Assembly: GCA_032718475.1 (NCBI GenBank)
Contig: JAUCBJ010002989.1
Coordinates: 1 to 64,000, forward strand
DNA length: 64,000 nt
From: Nemertoderma westbladi
Taxonomy: Eukaryota; Animalia; Xenacoelomorpha
Direction of reading: 5' to 3'
In this document: piece after piece, positions 1 to 13,500 of the stretch
Numbering within the stretch: the stretch's first letter is position 1
How the letters are laid out: every line of letters begins with the position of its first letter
The notes under the pieces: model-generated
What the model was told of the DNA's origin: nothing
What the model saw: only the letters and a program-made list of their open reading frames with translations
Databases searched by the model: none
Made by a program: the position numbers and the translations under genes

Positions 1-1625
1 GGTCGACTGTTTGCTTGATTCATTTTATACATGCTATTCACAATTACGTAACATTGTATTATTATTAGGCCTTGCATATAGTTAGTTTTGTATTGATTTT
101 GAGTCACGGACCTCATTATGGTAGAGCATGTAATTGACCCAGATCCACACACCTGCTATTATTACATTATTGGTTGAGATGCATGCATCCCCCGTGTATA
201 ATTTGTACGATATTCCATATTATTCAGTAATACCAGCGCACGTTAAGTAATAGATTGGTGAAACGTGTCCTTATTAATTAATTAATATTATCATTAAGGC
301 AGTGACTGCCGGTGCTTTATTACCACCCTATTATTGTTTTTATCCATTTAGTCACCGGATGAGGGGAGGCTGCAAGTAATATACACTATAATGCCTCTTG
401 TCGGGTAAAGTATATATTCATTTGCGGTGCGTAAATAAAGTTAATTTATGTCCTTATGTATATATATATATATATATGGAAACTCCCTGACATTTTTTAT
501 CATGACCAATTTAATCCGCATCACCTATTAACAATCGCCCGTGCCGTGCTGCCGATGTTCTATTCCCTATTCGCTGTTGCTTTCAGTTAGTTGGCCTGAT
601 GGCCCGAACCCGTACGGAATCATTAATGCAGCAGCGTTGTAGCAGTACAGCTAACGTGGTTGCTGGGAGGATGTTTGCCTTCGAGATGGATACAACAACT
701 CTTATTTCTGCCGAACGCCCCTACCTACAAATATCAAATTATATCAATTCAATCATATTATTTTTGCTATGTCTTATGAGACATTAATATAATAATAATA
801 CTAGTAAGGCTAATTGACATTGCATGTTCCTTAATTAATTGTCTTACCCGCATAGTATGATTTAAGAAGCGCAATTAGAGCAGAGATTCCTATTTTCTTT
901 CTATTAATCGTATTTCCTTCCTCCTATTTTCTTACTTATATATTCCTATTAATCCGTGAGTCATACCGGATACCCCCCCCCCCCCCCCCCCCCCCCTTCA
1001 TTAACAGCTAACTGCATTCACATATGGGATGGGGATTCTCAAAATCAATATTGTTACATTATTTGTGGCACTACGGGTAAAAAGTTTTGTGGCAGTCTTC
1101 ACGGGCGAGTGCCTACAACCCATCTCAGATAAGCCGGAATTTGTGTTGGCAACTACCTGAGTAACTTTGCAACGGTCCATTTATTAAATCATTTGTGGTT
1201 AAATCCTGTAAAACACACAGTAATTTAATTACTTGATTATGGAAATAAAGTTGCTTTTCGGCTATGTATCACATCACAATCATATAATTAAAATAATGAA
1301 TTAATCCTTCATTAAATGAATAATCGAATGCGGATGCATATCTTTTTTCATCTGCACATTTATTTCAGTGTTAAGGGCACAGTCCTCCATGGGCCTTTTA
1401 TTTTTGTTAATTCGAAAATTTGACTATTATTATTATTTATCATTGTTTTCTTTATTATAGGCTTATACATCCTCTTTTACATAAACCATCCAAAATTCAC
1501 GTTTTGTCCGTATATCATGAAATAATTAAAAAAGGGATGATTTTTAACTGATTATTATCTTCGCGCTACCAAGTACCAGTTTAGATTTAGATAACATCAT
1601 TGTGACTCTAATCATAATCACGGCT

Positions 1626-3345
1626 TACTACTACTAGGTCGAGCGAACACGGACTGTGGAAATGAGATCCTTCCCAATTCTCAATATAGTTGTCGCAATT
1701 TAGTTTCTCTCAAGTTTAGTATCCCTTTCAAGTTGGTATATATATGTTGTAGCCGGTCGTCCACGGCTACGCTTTCCTTATGTTGGTTGCCGGAAAAGTA
1801 GATCTGGTGCGAGCCCAGCAGTGCCCACTGAATCTTAATCTGCATTTACTGAGGGTGGTTGATACAGGTGGTATATAGCTTGTCTCCAGCTGATGTTTAG
1901 GGCTGCCCTTAGTAGTATTGTGTAGCAACCATCAATTCGGTGTTCAAGTGATTTCGTTAGTGTCAAGGTCTGTATAAAAGGAACACTTTCCTTCGTCAAC
2001 CTTCCTTAGTTGATTATTATCGATTTCAACATTCAACATTTCCATCAACATTAAAAGTCATGAATTCGGTCTTGGTAGCATTTATATGCAAGAAGCTGTG
2101 CATCTGCTAGCGTTTTTTAGAGAGCAGGGCGATGTCCTCCACAAAGTCGGTGTTAGTGACTGTAGTTGCCGGATATCGATATCAGCTACTCATGGGTTCT
2201 TGTAGTGTGAATCCCAGATCTTCACCCTTTGTGGCCGTCCGCCCTCATTTCGTAGGCCCCTAATCCAAGACAATTACGAATAGTAATGGAGCCAATATGT
2301 CACCTTGCAGTATGCCAGCCAGGATTGAGAAGAATTCAGTTTCTCCATCTGGGGAGAGTACCTGAGCTTCTGTGTCACAATATAACAATCCAATGCCAGC
2401 GACAATTACTTCTGGTATTACATAAGCTCTTAGGATTTCCAGCATTTTATCTCTATGGAGTCGAATGCTATCTTGAAGTCCGCAAATGTCATGTCATGCC
2501 TATTGGAGATTCTTTGACAATTCCCTCAATCAGTTTCTGTATCGCAAGTGTCTGAGCTATTGTTGATCTACTTGGTCGAAATCCGTTTTGGCTCTTACGC
2601 AGCAGTTTCTCTATGTGAGGCCTAATCCTATATAGAATCATTTTATTGTATATTTTGGCAGCTACCAGAAGCAGACATATCCCACGATAGTTTGTTGGTA
2701 TGCCGAGGTCTCCTTTCTTGGGGAGAGGCTTTAGTTGACTTTTATTCCAAATTGGCGGTGGCTTTTCCCCTTTAAGCATCCGGTTGGAAACATCCAATAA
2801 TGGTCAAGGGGTTTCATCTAATCCACTCGCTTTATGATTGGTCATGCTTTTAATGCTTGGTAGGAGTTCGGCAGGTGTGAAGTCCCCTGTTCCTATAGAT
2901 AGCGTCTTGTCATATATTTTCCTTGAAAGGCTGACCCAACACGTTCTTCAGGACTATCAGCTTTTAGCACAACTTTTCCGATCAGATAAGGGAATTTACG
3001 GTTTTCCAGGTAAGTCTTGATTGTTGCTGTATGTGAGCTGTTGTAATTTCTTCAATTTCGTCCTCTATGTACTTCCCCTGGCTGACGTTGTATACCAATT
3101 TAAGATCTTCCTTAGCTTTATCAACCTTGTTGATGTTTTAGATTGTTGATTGTTCGGTTTTCACTTTGTAGACATCTAAGGATCTTATCTCTTACAACTA
3201 CCCTCAGAGTCTTGCCAAGGCACGTACTGTTTTCGTTTGCGTTTCTGTGGAATATGCCTCTTGGCTGATTCCTTGTGGACTTTTATTATGTTCTGGTATA
3301 TAGAATCGGTAGACTGGTCTTCATCCATTGGCTGAAGGACATTTT
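1626..3345 (-). mobile_element. Degenerate, 5'-truncated RTE-clade non-LTR retrotransposon (family B)
   Basis: Frameshifted RT pieces on the minus strand: LPKKGDLGIPTNYRGICLL...SQNGFRPSRST (2489-2797) and GILQGDILAPLLFVIVLD (2260-2445). A (TAG)n tail reads tactactactagg at ~1626-1638 on +. The 5' boundary is approximate. Confidence 0.85.
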
Positions 3346-3829
3346 GAGTCCGCTTTCAAGCAAGCATAATGAGCAAAATATTACATGTATAAATATATAA
3401 CACGCGGATTATCCTCTACTAAATGTAGATAGATGGGTTGACTATTTTTTCCCCAGTATCTAATTGTCATTATTTTCGTTTAGTTTTAAGGCTCCATTCG
3501 CGTAATTATTATGTATGGTTTGGATCTTTCTAGTAAGAAATGCCCCGCCTCAATACGATAAATGATGTGGTACATTAGATGTACTTTGAGAAATGAATGG
3601 TAGCGTTATTAGTGTAGGCTGTAGGTGTAGGCACAGCTTCAGGGGGTAACAGTTGGCCATTCAGTAATAAGTAAACAAACATAATTACTGTCCTAATTAA
3701 TTCGTTCACTACGTTATGAGTATTCACAATGGCTTAGCGTACTATTAGTTCGTCAGTAATAACTAATCAAATTAGGTTATAGTCAATAATTGAGCTAAAA
3801 TACGTTTTTCCGACGGTCTTTGTTTCTAA

Positions 3830-4180
3830 TGAGTTTCTGAGAATGGTAGTTTTACTATTCGAAGATCCGTCTCAAAAATATTAGAATATATATATTGATA
3901 CTTTAAGTATATATATTAATATTATAGTTATTTATTATTTAATTAAATATTATTTTTATTAATTTTTTTGTAACGTCCATAGATTGTATTAGATTGTATT
4001 TTTGTGTTTCCGCTCCATTTGCTATAGAGTTGGATCATCCTAAGTTCTGTTTAAATTACTGAATAAAATATTATTATTATTTACTTAAGTCCAGCGGGGA
4101 AACGTAGTTGATTAGTTGATTATATTCGAATTCACAAATCATTCGAATATTTGGTTATTCGAATATTCTCAGAAACTCTA
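3830..4180. mobile_element. hAT-type MITE
   Basis: TIR gagtttctgagaat / attctcagaaactc(ta). 8-bp TSD gtttctaa at 3822-3829 and 4181-4188. Internal attcgaa subrepeats. Confidence 0.7.
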
Positions 4181-4381
4181 GTTTCTAATGAGTCATATTT
4201 ACCTGAATATTTATATGCAGGAGATACAAATATTCCTGCCTTTTAATATCGCCTCCCCTCCGCGTTTATGTTTCATATCGTACACTAGATGGTGCTGGTA
4301 TTAAAAGGAATGACTTAAGTGCGTTTGGATTTGTCTCTTTTTTTATATTTCTGTCGGATAATTATATTTTTTCGCTTTTAG

Positions 4382-4531
4382 AATGGGGGGAGTTTCTTCA
4401 CGCTCGGGGTCGGAAGTTTACAGATTTTGGGGAAATTCGACGCGAAATTGAGGAAGAAACAGACCGACTTACCGGCTCTAATAAGGGAATATCCTCTGTC
4501 CCGATCAATCTCAGAGTCTTCTCTCCCCACG
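4382..4531 (+). CDS. DNM1: Dynamin exon (GTPase; vertebrate exon 3 equivalent)
   Basis: ttttag|...CAC G|gttagt; [50 protein letters not shown]; 150 bp. Confidence 0.95.
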
Positions 4532-7500
4532 GTTAGTGGTTTAGATTATGTTTATTTCACTGTTAGCGTTAGGTAGACCTATATAGTATACTGATTTCAC
4601 CCAGAGGATCAGCCTGTCCACAGCCTTGTACTTTGTACCAGGGATGGCAAAACGAAACGAAATGAAAGAATGCATAATTGGCAATAGCGAAACGAAAAAA
4701 TAACGCTCGTTTCGTTAAATTTTCGTTTTGTTTCATAATATTTAAATATAATAATATATATAAATAATTGATAAATTATAAATAATAATAAGGATATTAT
4801 CCTTGCGGACTACAGTAGAAGCTGCAACACCTACCCAAAAAGAGTCAACACATATTGAAAGAATTATAATGTACTATTTTATAATATATTGTACTAAATT
4901 ATATTACAATATAAAGGCGTTACGATGGGGGGCGGGGCGGGGTATATGTAAAATTTTTATTTGATTTTTTAAATCAAACGTTTTACTTAAAAAAACAACA
5001 ACAACAACAACAACAAAACAAAAACTAATTTAAAATGTTGAAACGAAAATTCCATAGAAAAAAACCGAAACGAAATGAAACGAAAATTTGAACGAATTGG
5101 TAAAAAACGAGAACAAAACGAAACGAAATTTTTGAAAACGAAACAAATTTTAAATGTGTTTCGTTTCGTTTCGTTATGCCATCCCAGCTTTGTATTATGT
5201 TAAGTCAACCTTATGGCTTGAACATTGGGGTCACTGGTCAGCCTGAGTCCGTCGGTATTGCTCACCGATTTTTTGCTATGCTCACTGCTCTTTACATTTT
5301 TCCCTTATTACCTCTACGTTAATGTTCTACTTGGTATCCGCGTATCTACTTGGTTCTGTTCTACTTGTCAGGTCAGGTATTCTAGGTCATTGATCAAGAA
5401 AACTTGCCACCTCCATGCAGCATAAAGGAGGTGCCACCTGTAGCTGCATAGACCCTCTTACTAGGGCAAATCTGGTCCTGTAACTAGGACCCCTTGGTCC
5501 TGGATTAAGGTCCCATATACTTGGCTGCAGGGGTATATGGCCTGACCAGGCAGATGGTGATCTACCAATGGCTGGTCAGGAATAGAGTGTTCTCATGTCC
5601 ACTCTGAGAGCACTTCACTGCGACCTGCACCTGGCAGCAAGGGTACAGGGCATTACCCAGCAGATGAGCTGCAACAGCCAATGGTGGATCATGTGCGCCA
5701 GAGTAGATATGGGTGATGGGCCTCATATCTGACTCCATTGCGACACCCACCCTGTGGAATGGCAAACCAGGGTGTGGTATTTGCCCCGAGAGCTGACTCG
5801 GCAAAAAAGCTCCCCCCAACCCCCACTATGGATTACATTAGTAATCTGGAGGTCCGGCCACTAGAGGCCAGTGGAATTACCGGACACAATCGGCCTCACA
5901 GGCGTCAGTTAACTCCTGACCGGCTGCCTGTCTCACCCCCTAATGGAGAGAGAGCAGCCAACAATTCTTTGAGTTCCTTTCCTGATGACCTTTCTGGCCC
6001 AAACCCTGGGTCACCAGGGAGGCCAGATTGTGATGGGGAGAGGGATTCTGGAGTTGGAGGCTACTCTTATGTTCCACCCCGACCAACAAAGCCATTGGTG
6101 AATCTGAGGCAAGTCACTAGACTAGCCTCAGTAAACACTACTAGGATCGGCATGCTGCATTGCAGCTGCATTTTTAAGAATGCTGTGCCGGCTAAAGTAA
6201 ACGGCTCAGTAAACACCCTAACACTCGGATCCCCAATGCGACAAGGTGAGCTGACTGCCTTGGCAGATAAGCTTTATCTTAGCGCAGTGGGTGTTCAAGA
6301 GCACCGAATGCAGACTGGACAGGCTGATGAGGTTCTGATTAAGGACATGGCCATAATGGCAGGGTATTGCCTGATAACTTTATAGAAGTAAAATTGTTTG
6401 AGTCTGTACTCCCAGATATTCCCATTGGCGATATCTCATTTGCAGAAGTGAAGGCTGCTGCAAAGAGCATTAAGACCAATCGTGCCAGTGGAGTAGATGG
6501 TGTTCCCCCTGAGGTCTTTAAAATAGCTGAGTGTTTAAAGCTCATCTATCCCATCATAGTAGACATGTACCGAACAACAAGAGTCCCACAAGAAATGAAA
6601 ACAAATAAGTTGGTGCCAGTTCCCAAGAAGGGCAACCTAACACTCTATGGTTCTTTTCGGGGAATCTCATTGATCTCGATTGCTGCAAAGCTATACAATA
6701 GGATTCTATTAAATCGCATCAGGGATCCCATTGAGAGACTGCTCCGTGGAAATCAGAATGGGTTCCGTAAAGGTCGTGGGACCATGGAGCCCATTTTGGC
6801 ACTTAGAAGGATAATTGAAGAATTATCAAAAAAGAAAGACAGACATCTGGCTGTTATCTTTGTTGACTTCTTCAAGGCCTTTGATTCAGTCTCTCGCTCA
6901 CGTATGTTCACCATACTTTCATTATATGGGATTCCTGATGAAATTATTGCAGCAATCAGATCAGTATACGATGTTTCGACAACATTTGTGTCTACTGTTG
7001 ACGGTGACACAGAACCATTTGAAGTGTTATGGGGCGTCCTCCAAGGAGACACACTTGCACCATTCTTGTTCATTATTGTGGTTGACTATGTTCTACGCAT
7101 GTCCTTAGATCATTATAATGGTGATGGGGTGATGATAACTCCACCTGCTGGCGTCAGAGGTCGAGGAAATCCTGCTAAGTGCCTAACTGATCTAGACTTT
7201 GCTGATGACTTAGGAGTACTCTCAGAGTCATTAGAGGGAGCCCAACGGCTCTTCAGCTCATTAGAACATGCTGCTTCTAGTGTTGGTCTTTTTATTAACT
7301 CCAGAAAGACCAAAATTCTGACAGTTAACTTTGAAAGTCCTCAGCAAGTCTCTGATCGGATGAGCATAAGCTCAAAGGATGGTATGCTTGAGCATGTGGA
7401 CGACTTCTGTTACCTGGGATCATGGATCCGGAAGTCAGGTGAGGACCTTCGAATACGTAAGGGAAAGGCATGGGCAGCCTTGAATAGGCTTTCCAGGATT

Positions 7501-10500
7501 TGTAAGTCACCGAGAATTAATTGGAAACTTAAGGTCCGATTATTTAGAGCAGTAGTAGTTCCAGTACTCCTCTATGGGAGTCCATGCTGGGCTCTAACTG
7601 CTGAGGACACCAAATCTCTGGATGGCACATTCACAAGAATGCTACGCCGGGTTCATTGTGTCAAGTACAATGCACACATCTCCAACCAGACACTATATAA
7701 CATTGCGGGTGTCTCATTGGTTCCCCCAAGCTTGACACTAGAACAAAATCGCCTCCGCTTTGCGGGACATTGCTTTCGCCATGAGGACCAGCCAGTGCAA
7801 AATCTTGTACTTTGGCAGCCTCATCGAGTGAATAAGCATGGTGGACAGCCCATGACTTTCTTGAGACGCATCTTAAAGGACACTGGCCTTAAAGATGCGG
7901 ATGATCTAGCAAATGTCATGGGTGATAGGGAGTTGTGGCGGTGCAATTTTGTTGACAAGCCGGCACAGCATTCTTAAAAATGCAGCTGCAATGCAGCATG
8001 CCGATCCTAGTCTAGTAGTAGTTCTACTTGGTATCCGCGTTTGCGAAATTTACATAATATTTATGTTTTTTTGTTTAGTGTTTTGTTTTTAGTTTAGTTT
8101 ACTATTAAATATATTATACCGGACTAGTTGTTATCGTTGTTACATGCTATTTTTTACTTTCAGTTCTAAATCTCACATTAATTGATCTTCCGGGTCTAAC
8201 AAAGATCGCCGTCGGTGATCAACCAGCAGATATAGAAGATCAGATCAGAGATATGGTGATCACTTACATATCTAAACCGAACTGTCTGATCTTGGCGGTG
8301 ACGCCGGCTAACTCTGATCTCGCTAACTCAGACGCCCTAAAGCTCGCCAAGGAAGTCGACCCTCAAGGTTAGTTATGTGGTCGGCTTCTTGAGGAAACTG
8401 GCCTAGAGATTGTTGACAAGCTGATAGTTTGTAAGCGGATACGTTATTGTTAGTACATAGTTAGTTAGTTAGAGTACTATACTGTTAGCTCGCTAAGTAT
8501 GTTTATAACCCTATGGGTTGTTTTCTAACAGGTCTGAGAACAATTGGTGTTGTAACTAAACTTGATCTAATGGACCAAGGAACCGATGCGAGGGATATAT
8601 TAGAGAACCGATTATACCCTCTTAGAAGAGGTAAGTTGCTCGAGTTAATATCCCTGCAAAATGTAAATTGAGATTAACTTATCTATTAACCGACATTTAT
8701 CTGTATTATGTATTATTGTATTATTTTATGTATTATCTCCACCAAAACCGGGATCAATTAATATTTTCGTCATATCATAATTAATTAATCTATTTATAGG
8801 ATATATTGGGGTTGTGAACAGAAGTCAGCGAGATATTGAAGGCAGAAAAGACATCAAAGTTGCCATGGCGAGTGAAAGGAAATTCTTTTTGTCCAACCAA
8901 TCCTACCGACACATGGCTGATAGAATGGGGACACCGTTCCTGCAGAAAACATTAAACCAGGTACGTTGGACACAGGTCCTTAACAAACCATGTAAGTTGG
9001 ACACAGGTCCTTAACAAACCAGGTAAGTTGGACATCGTTCCTTAACAAACCAGGTAAGTTGGACACCGTTCCTTAACAAACCAGGTAAGTTGGACACGGG
9101 TCCTTAACAAACCAGGTAAGTTGGACACGGGTCTTTAACAAACCAGGTAAGTTGGACACCGTTCCTTAACAAACCAGGTAAGTTGGACACGGGTCCTTAA
9201 CAAACCAGGTAAGTTGGACACAGTTCCTTAACAAACCAGGTAAGTTGGACACGGCTCCTTAACAAACCAGGTAAGTTGGACACGGGTCCTTAACAAACCA
9301 GGTAAGTTGGACACGGGTCCTTAACAAACCAGGTAAGTTTGACACGGGTCCTTAACAAACCAGGTAAGTTGGACACGGGTCCTTAACAAACCAGGTAAGT
9401 TGGACACCGTTCCTTAACAAACCAGGTAAGTTGGACACGGGTCCTTAACAAACCAGGTAAGTTGGACACAGTTCCTTAACAAACCAGGTAAGTTGGACAC
9501 GGCTCCTTAACAAACCAGGTAAGTTGGACACGGGTCCTTAACAAACCAGGTAAGTTAGACACAGTTCCTTAACAAACCAGGTAAGTTGGACACCGTTCCT
9601 TAACAAACCAGGTAAGTTGGACACGGGTCCTTAACAAACCAGGTAAGTTGGACACCGTTCCTTAACAAACCAGGTAAGTTGGACACGGGTCCTTAACAAA
9701 CCAGGTAAGTTAGACACAGTTCCTTAACAAACCAGGTAAGTTGGACACCGTTCCTTAACAAACCAGGTAAGTTGGACACAGTTCCTTAACAAACCAGGTA
9801 AGTTGGACACGGCTCCTTAACAAACCAGGTAAGTTGGACACGGGTCCTTAACAAACCAGGTAAGTTGGACACGGGTCCTTAACAAACCAGGTAAGTTTGA
9901 CACGGGTCCTTAACAAACCAGGTAAGTTGGACACGGGTCCTTAACAAACCAGGTAAGTTGGACACCGTTCCTTAACAAACCAGGTAAGTTGGACACGGGT
10001 CCTTAACAAACCAGGTAAGTTGGACACAGTTCCTTAACAAACCAGGTAAGTTGGACACGGCTCCTTAACAAACCAGGTAAGTTAGACACAGGTCCTTAAC
10101 AAACCAGCTAATTTGGACACCGTTCCTTAACAAACCAGGTAAGTTGGACACGGGTCCTTAACAAACCAGGTAAGTTGGACACGGGTCCTTAACAAACCAG
10201 GTAAGTTGGACACAGGTCCTTAACAAACCAGGTAAGTTGGACACCGTTCCTTAACAAACCAGGTAAGTTGGACACGGGTCCTTAACAAACCAGGTAAGTT
10301 GGACACAGTTCCTTAACAAACCAGGTAAGTTGGACACGGCTCCTTAACAAACCAGGTAAGTTGGACACGGGTCCTTAACAAACCAGGTAAGTTGGACACG
10401 GGTCCTTAACAAACCAGGTAAGTTTGACACGGGTCCTTAACAAACCAGGTAAGTTAGACACAGTTCCTAACAAACCAGGTAAGTTGGACACAGGTCCTTA

Positions 10501-13500
10501 ACAAACCAGGTAAGTTGGACACCGTTCCTTAACAAACCATGTAAGTTGGACACGGGTCTTTAACAAATCAGGTAAGTTGGACACAGTTCCTTAACAAACC
10601 AGGTAAGTTGGACACGGGTCCTTAACAAACCAGGTAAGTTGGACACGGGTCCTTAACAAACCAGGTAAGTTAGACACAGTTCCTTAACAAACCAGGTAAG
10701 TTGGACACCGTTCCTTAACAAACCAGGTAAGTTGGACACGGGTCCTTAACAAACCAGGTAAGTTGGACACAGGTCCTTAACAAACCAGGTAAGTTGGACA
10801 CAGGTCCTTAACAAACCAGGTAAGTTGGACACTGTTCCTTAACAAACCAGGTAAGTTGGACACGGGTCTTTAACAAATCAGGTAAGTTGGACACAGTTCC
10901 TTAACAAACCAGGTAAGTTGGACACGGGTCTTTAACAAACCAGGTAAGTTGGACACGGGTCCTTAACAAACCAGGTAAGTTAGACACAGTTCCTTAACAA
11001 ACCAGGTAAGTTGGACACCGTTCCTTAACAAACCAGGTAAGTTGGACACGGGTCCTTAACAAACCAGGTAAGTTAGACACAGTTCCTTAACAAACCAGGT
11101 AAGTTGGACACAGTTCCTTAACAAACCAGGTAAGTTGGACACGGGTCTTTAACAAACCAGGTAATTTGGACACCGTTCCTTAACAAACCAGAATTCCAGG
11201 TGACAAGATACATTGTTTAGGTACACTACAGTTGTTGGTAGGCATGCGGATCAAAGAGGTAAATATGTTTATATAGGTAAATAGGTTTAAGACCTGTAGT
11301 AACTAACCACTCCGTTTGTTGTTGTTGTTGTTAATTTCCCCATTTTGTTTTTGGTCACTTCTACAGTAGGGCGTTTTACTCACTTGGTAGAGCGTTGGAC
11401 TTTGAATTCGAAATACCGGGTTCAATCCCACATGTAGGTGGAATGTTTGTTTCGAATAAATATTTCGGGATTGTGGTTTAATTAAAACTTGTAAGCATAA
11501 TTGGGGTTGGTGGTAAGCCATTCAAGGATGATGTTGTTTATTAGACGCGGAGGTTTAGGTGATTTCGAGCTTGTTATCATTTAATATTAACTTAATGTTT
11601 CAGCAATTAACCAATCACATTCGCGAGACGTTGCCAGCGTTACGCAGTCGACTACAAGCGCAGTTGTTACAGTTGGATAAAGATTGCGCTGAATATAAGA
11701 ATTACTCTCCAGACGACCCCTCACGTAAAACCAAAGCAATGCTACAGTTAGTCTACGCTATAGTATACAATTAATTACAATATTTATTTAATTATAAACT
11801 TTATTATTTATTTACCAAGCGTTAACTGGTCTCTACCGGAGCAGTCCAGCAGTGAATTATGAATCATCTGTAAAATAATATCTAGATATAATTCCTAGAA
11901 CTCGCAGTGAATCAATTTATTACAAAAATAACACGAAAAGGACGTCGCGTCGGTACATCTAAACCACGTGTTACATCTAAACCACGTGTTACATCTAAAC
12001 CACGTGTTACATCTAAACCACGTGTTACACATCTAAACCACATGTTACATCAAAACCACGTGTTACATCTAAACCACGTGTTACATCTATACCACGTGTT
12101 ACATCTAAACCACGTGTTACACATCTAAACCACATGTTACATCTAAACCACGTGTAACATCTAAACCACGTGTTACATCTAAACCACGTGTTACATCTAA
12201 ACCACGTGTTAAATATAAACAACGTGTTACATCTAAACCACGTGTTACATCTAAACCACGTGTTACATCTAAACCACGTGTTACATCTAAACTAAACCAC
12301 GTGTTACATCTCAACCACGTGTTACATCTAAACCACGTGTTACATCTAAACCACGTGTTACATCTAAACCACGTGTTACATCTAAACCACGTGTTACATC
12401 TAAACCACGTGTTACATCTATACCACGTGTTACATCTAAACCACGTGTTACATCTAAACCACGTGTTACATCTAAACTAAACCACGTGTTACATCTCAAC
12501 CACGTGTTACATCTAAACCACGTGTTACATCTAAACCACGTGTTACATCTAAACCACGTGTTACATCTAAACCACGTGTTACATCTAAACCACGTGTTAC
12601 ATCTAAACAACGTGTTAAATATAAACAACGTGTTACATCTAAACCACGTGTTACATCTAAACCGCATGTTACATCTAAACCACGTGTTACATGTAAACCT
12701 CGTGTTACATCTAAACCACGTGTTACATCTATACCACGTACGTTACATAAGGTGGGTGGGGGGGGGGGGGGGGGGTCACTAATTAACTAGAAATTTCCAT
12801 CCCTTTATTTTAGACTGGATTTTATCGAAATTAATTGATATTTTGCACACTTACTTTTACTTGTATACAATAGGTGGGTAATAAATTTCAAAAAAAAAAT
12901 TCGAATTTTTAATTTTTCTTACCTAATTAACATAATTTAAGCAATTATTTTTTAAAATTAAGAGGATCTTAGATTGATGGTCTTCAAGTTTCCAAACATT
13001 CATCATTTGTGCAAAATGGGGTCTTGAAACGACTGTATTACCAGAATTTTGATAAATGCTCATTTTCAAAAATTATTTGAAAAAACTTTTTTGTGCCACA
13101 TTTTGGACACATTTTGCCATTTTTAGCTAAATTTAACACTTTGTGACCTATGTTTCAGCTACCACAAATAAAATGAAAAATTGTAATAGGAGGTGTTAAG
13201 CACCCAATCATCATTCATACCAAATTTCACGCGAATTCGTTATTTTTTGGAAAAGCCTTCATTGCAATTTGAAAGTTATATATTGCATTTGGCAGAAAAA
13301 GCATTGAAAGTTTATTCTTAGGGTAATTTAGTTAATTGAAATCTTAAAAATGTTTTGGGGTGTTTTCTGGGACAGTGATTTAATTTCTAATGTCAATTTT
13401 CTCATTTGACAGCGTCATGTCTGTCTTTCTGTCCGTCAAAATATGACCGACTGCTGAACAGACAATGTGGTGTGGATGATGTCGAAATCTGACATTGAAA

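Larger units (their letters stand above)
5344..8020 (+). mobile_element. RTE-clade non-LTR retrotransposon (family A), internally deleted endonuclease, intact RT
   Basis: 20-bp TSD gttctacttggtatccgcgt at 5324-5343 and 8021-8040, with a (TAG)n tail. ORF 5738-6385 carries the APE N-terminus (ASVNTLTL...GVQEHR). ORF 6367-7977 is the RT. Confidence 0.93.

Noticed and set aside
973-997. Poly-C/poly-G tracts (also ~12758, ~24620, ~41781)
   Set aside because: Simple homopolymers of uncertain length, with no further support for function.
1-4381. Dynamin first exons (P-loop GGQSAGKS, RDFLPRG) and promoter
   Set aside because: Not found by eye in this interval; presumably upstream of the window.
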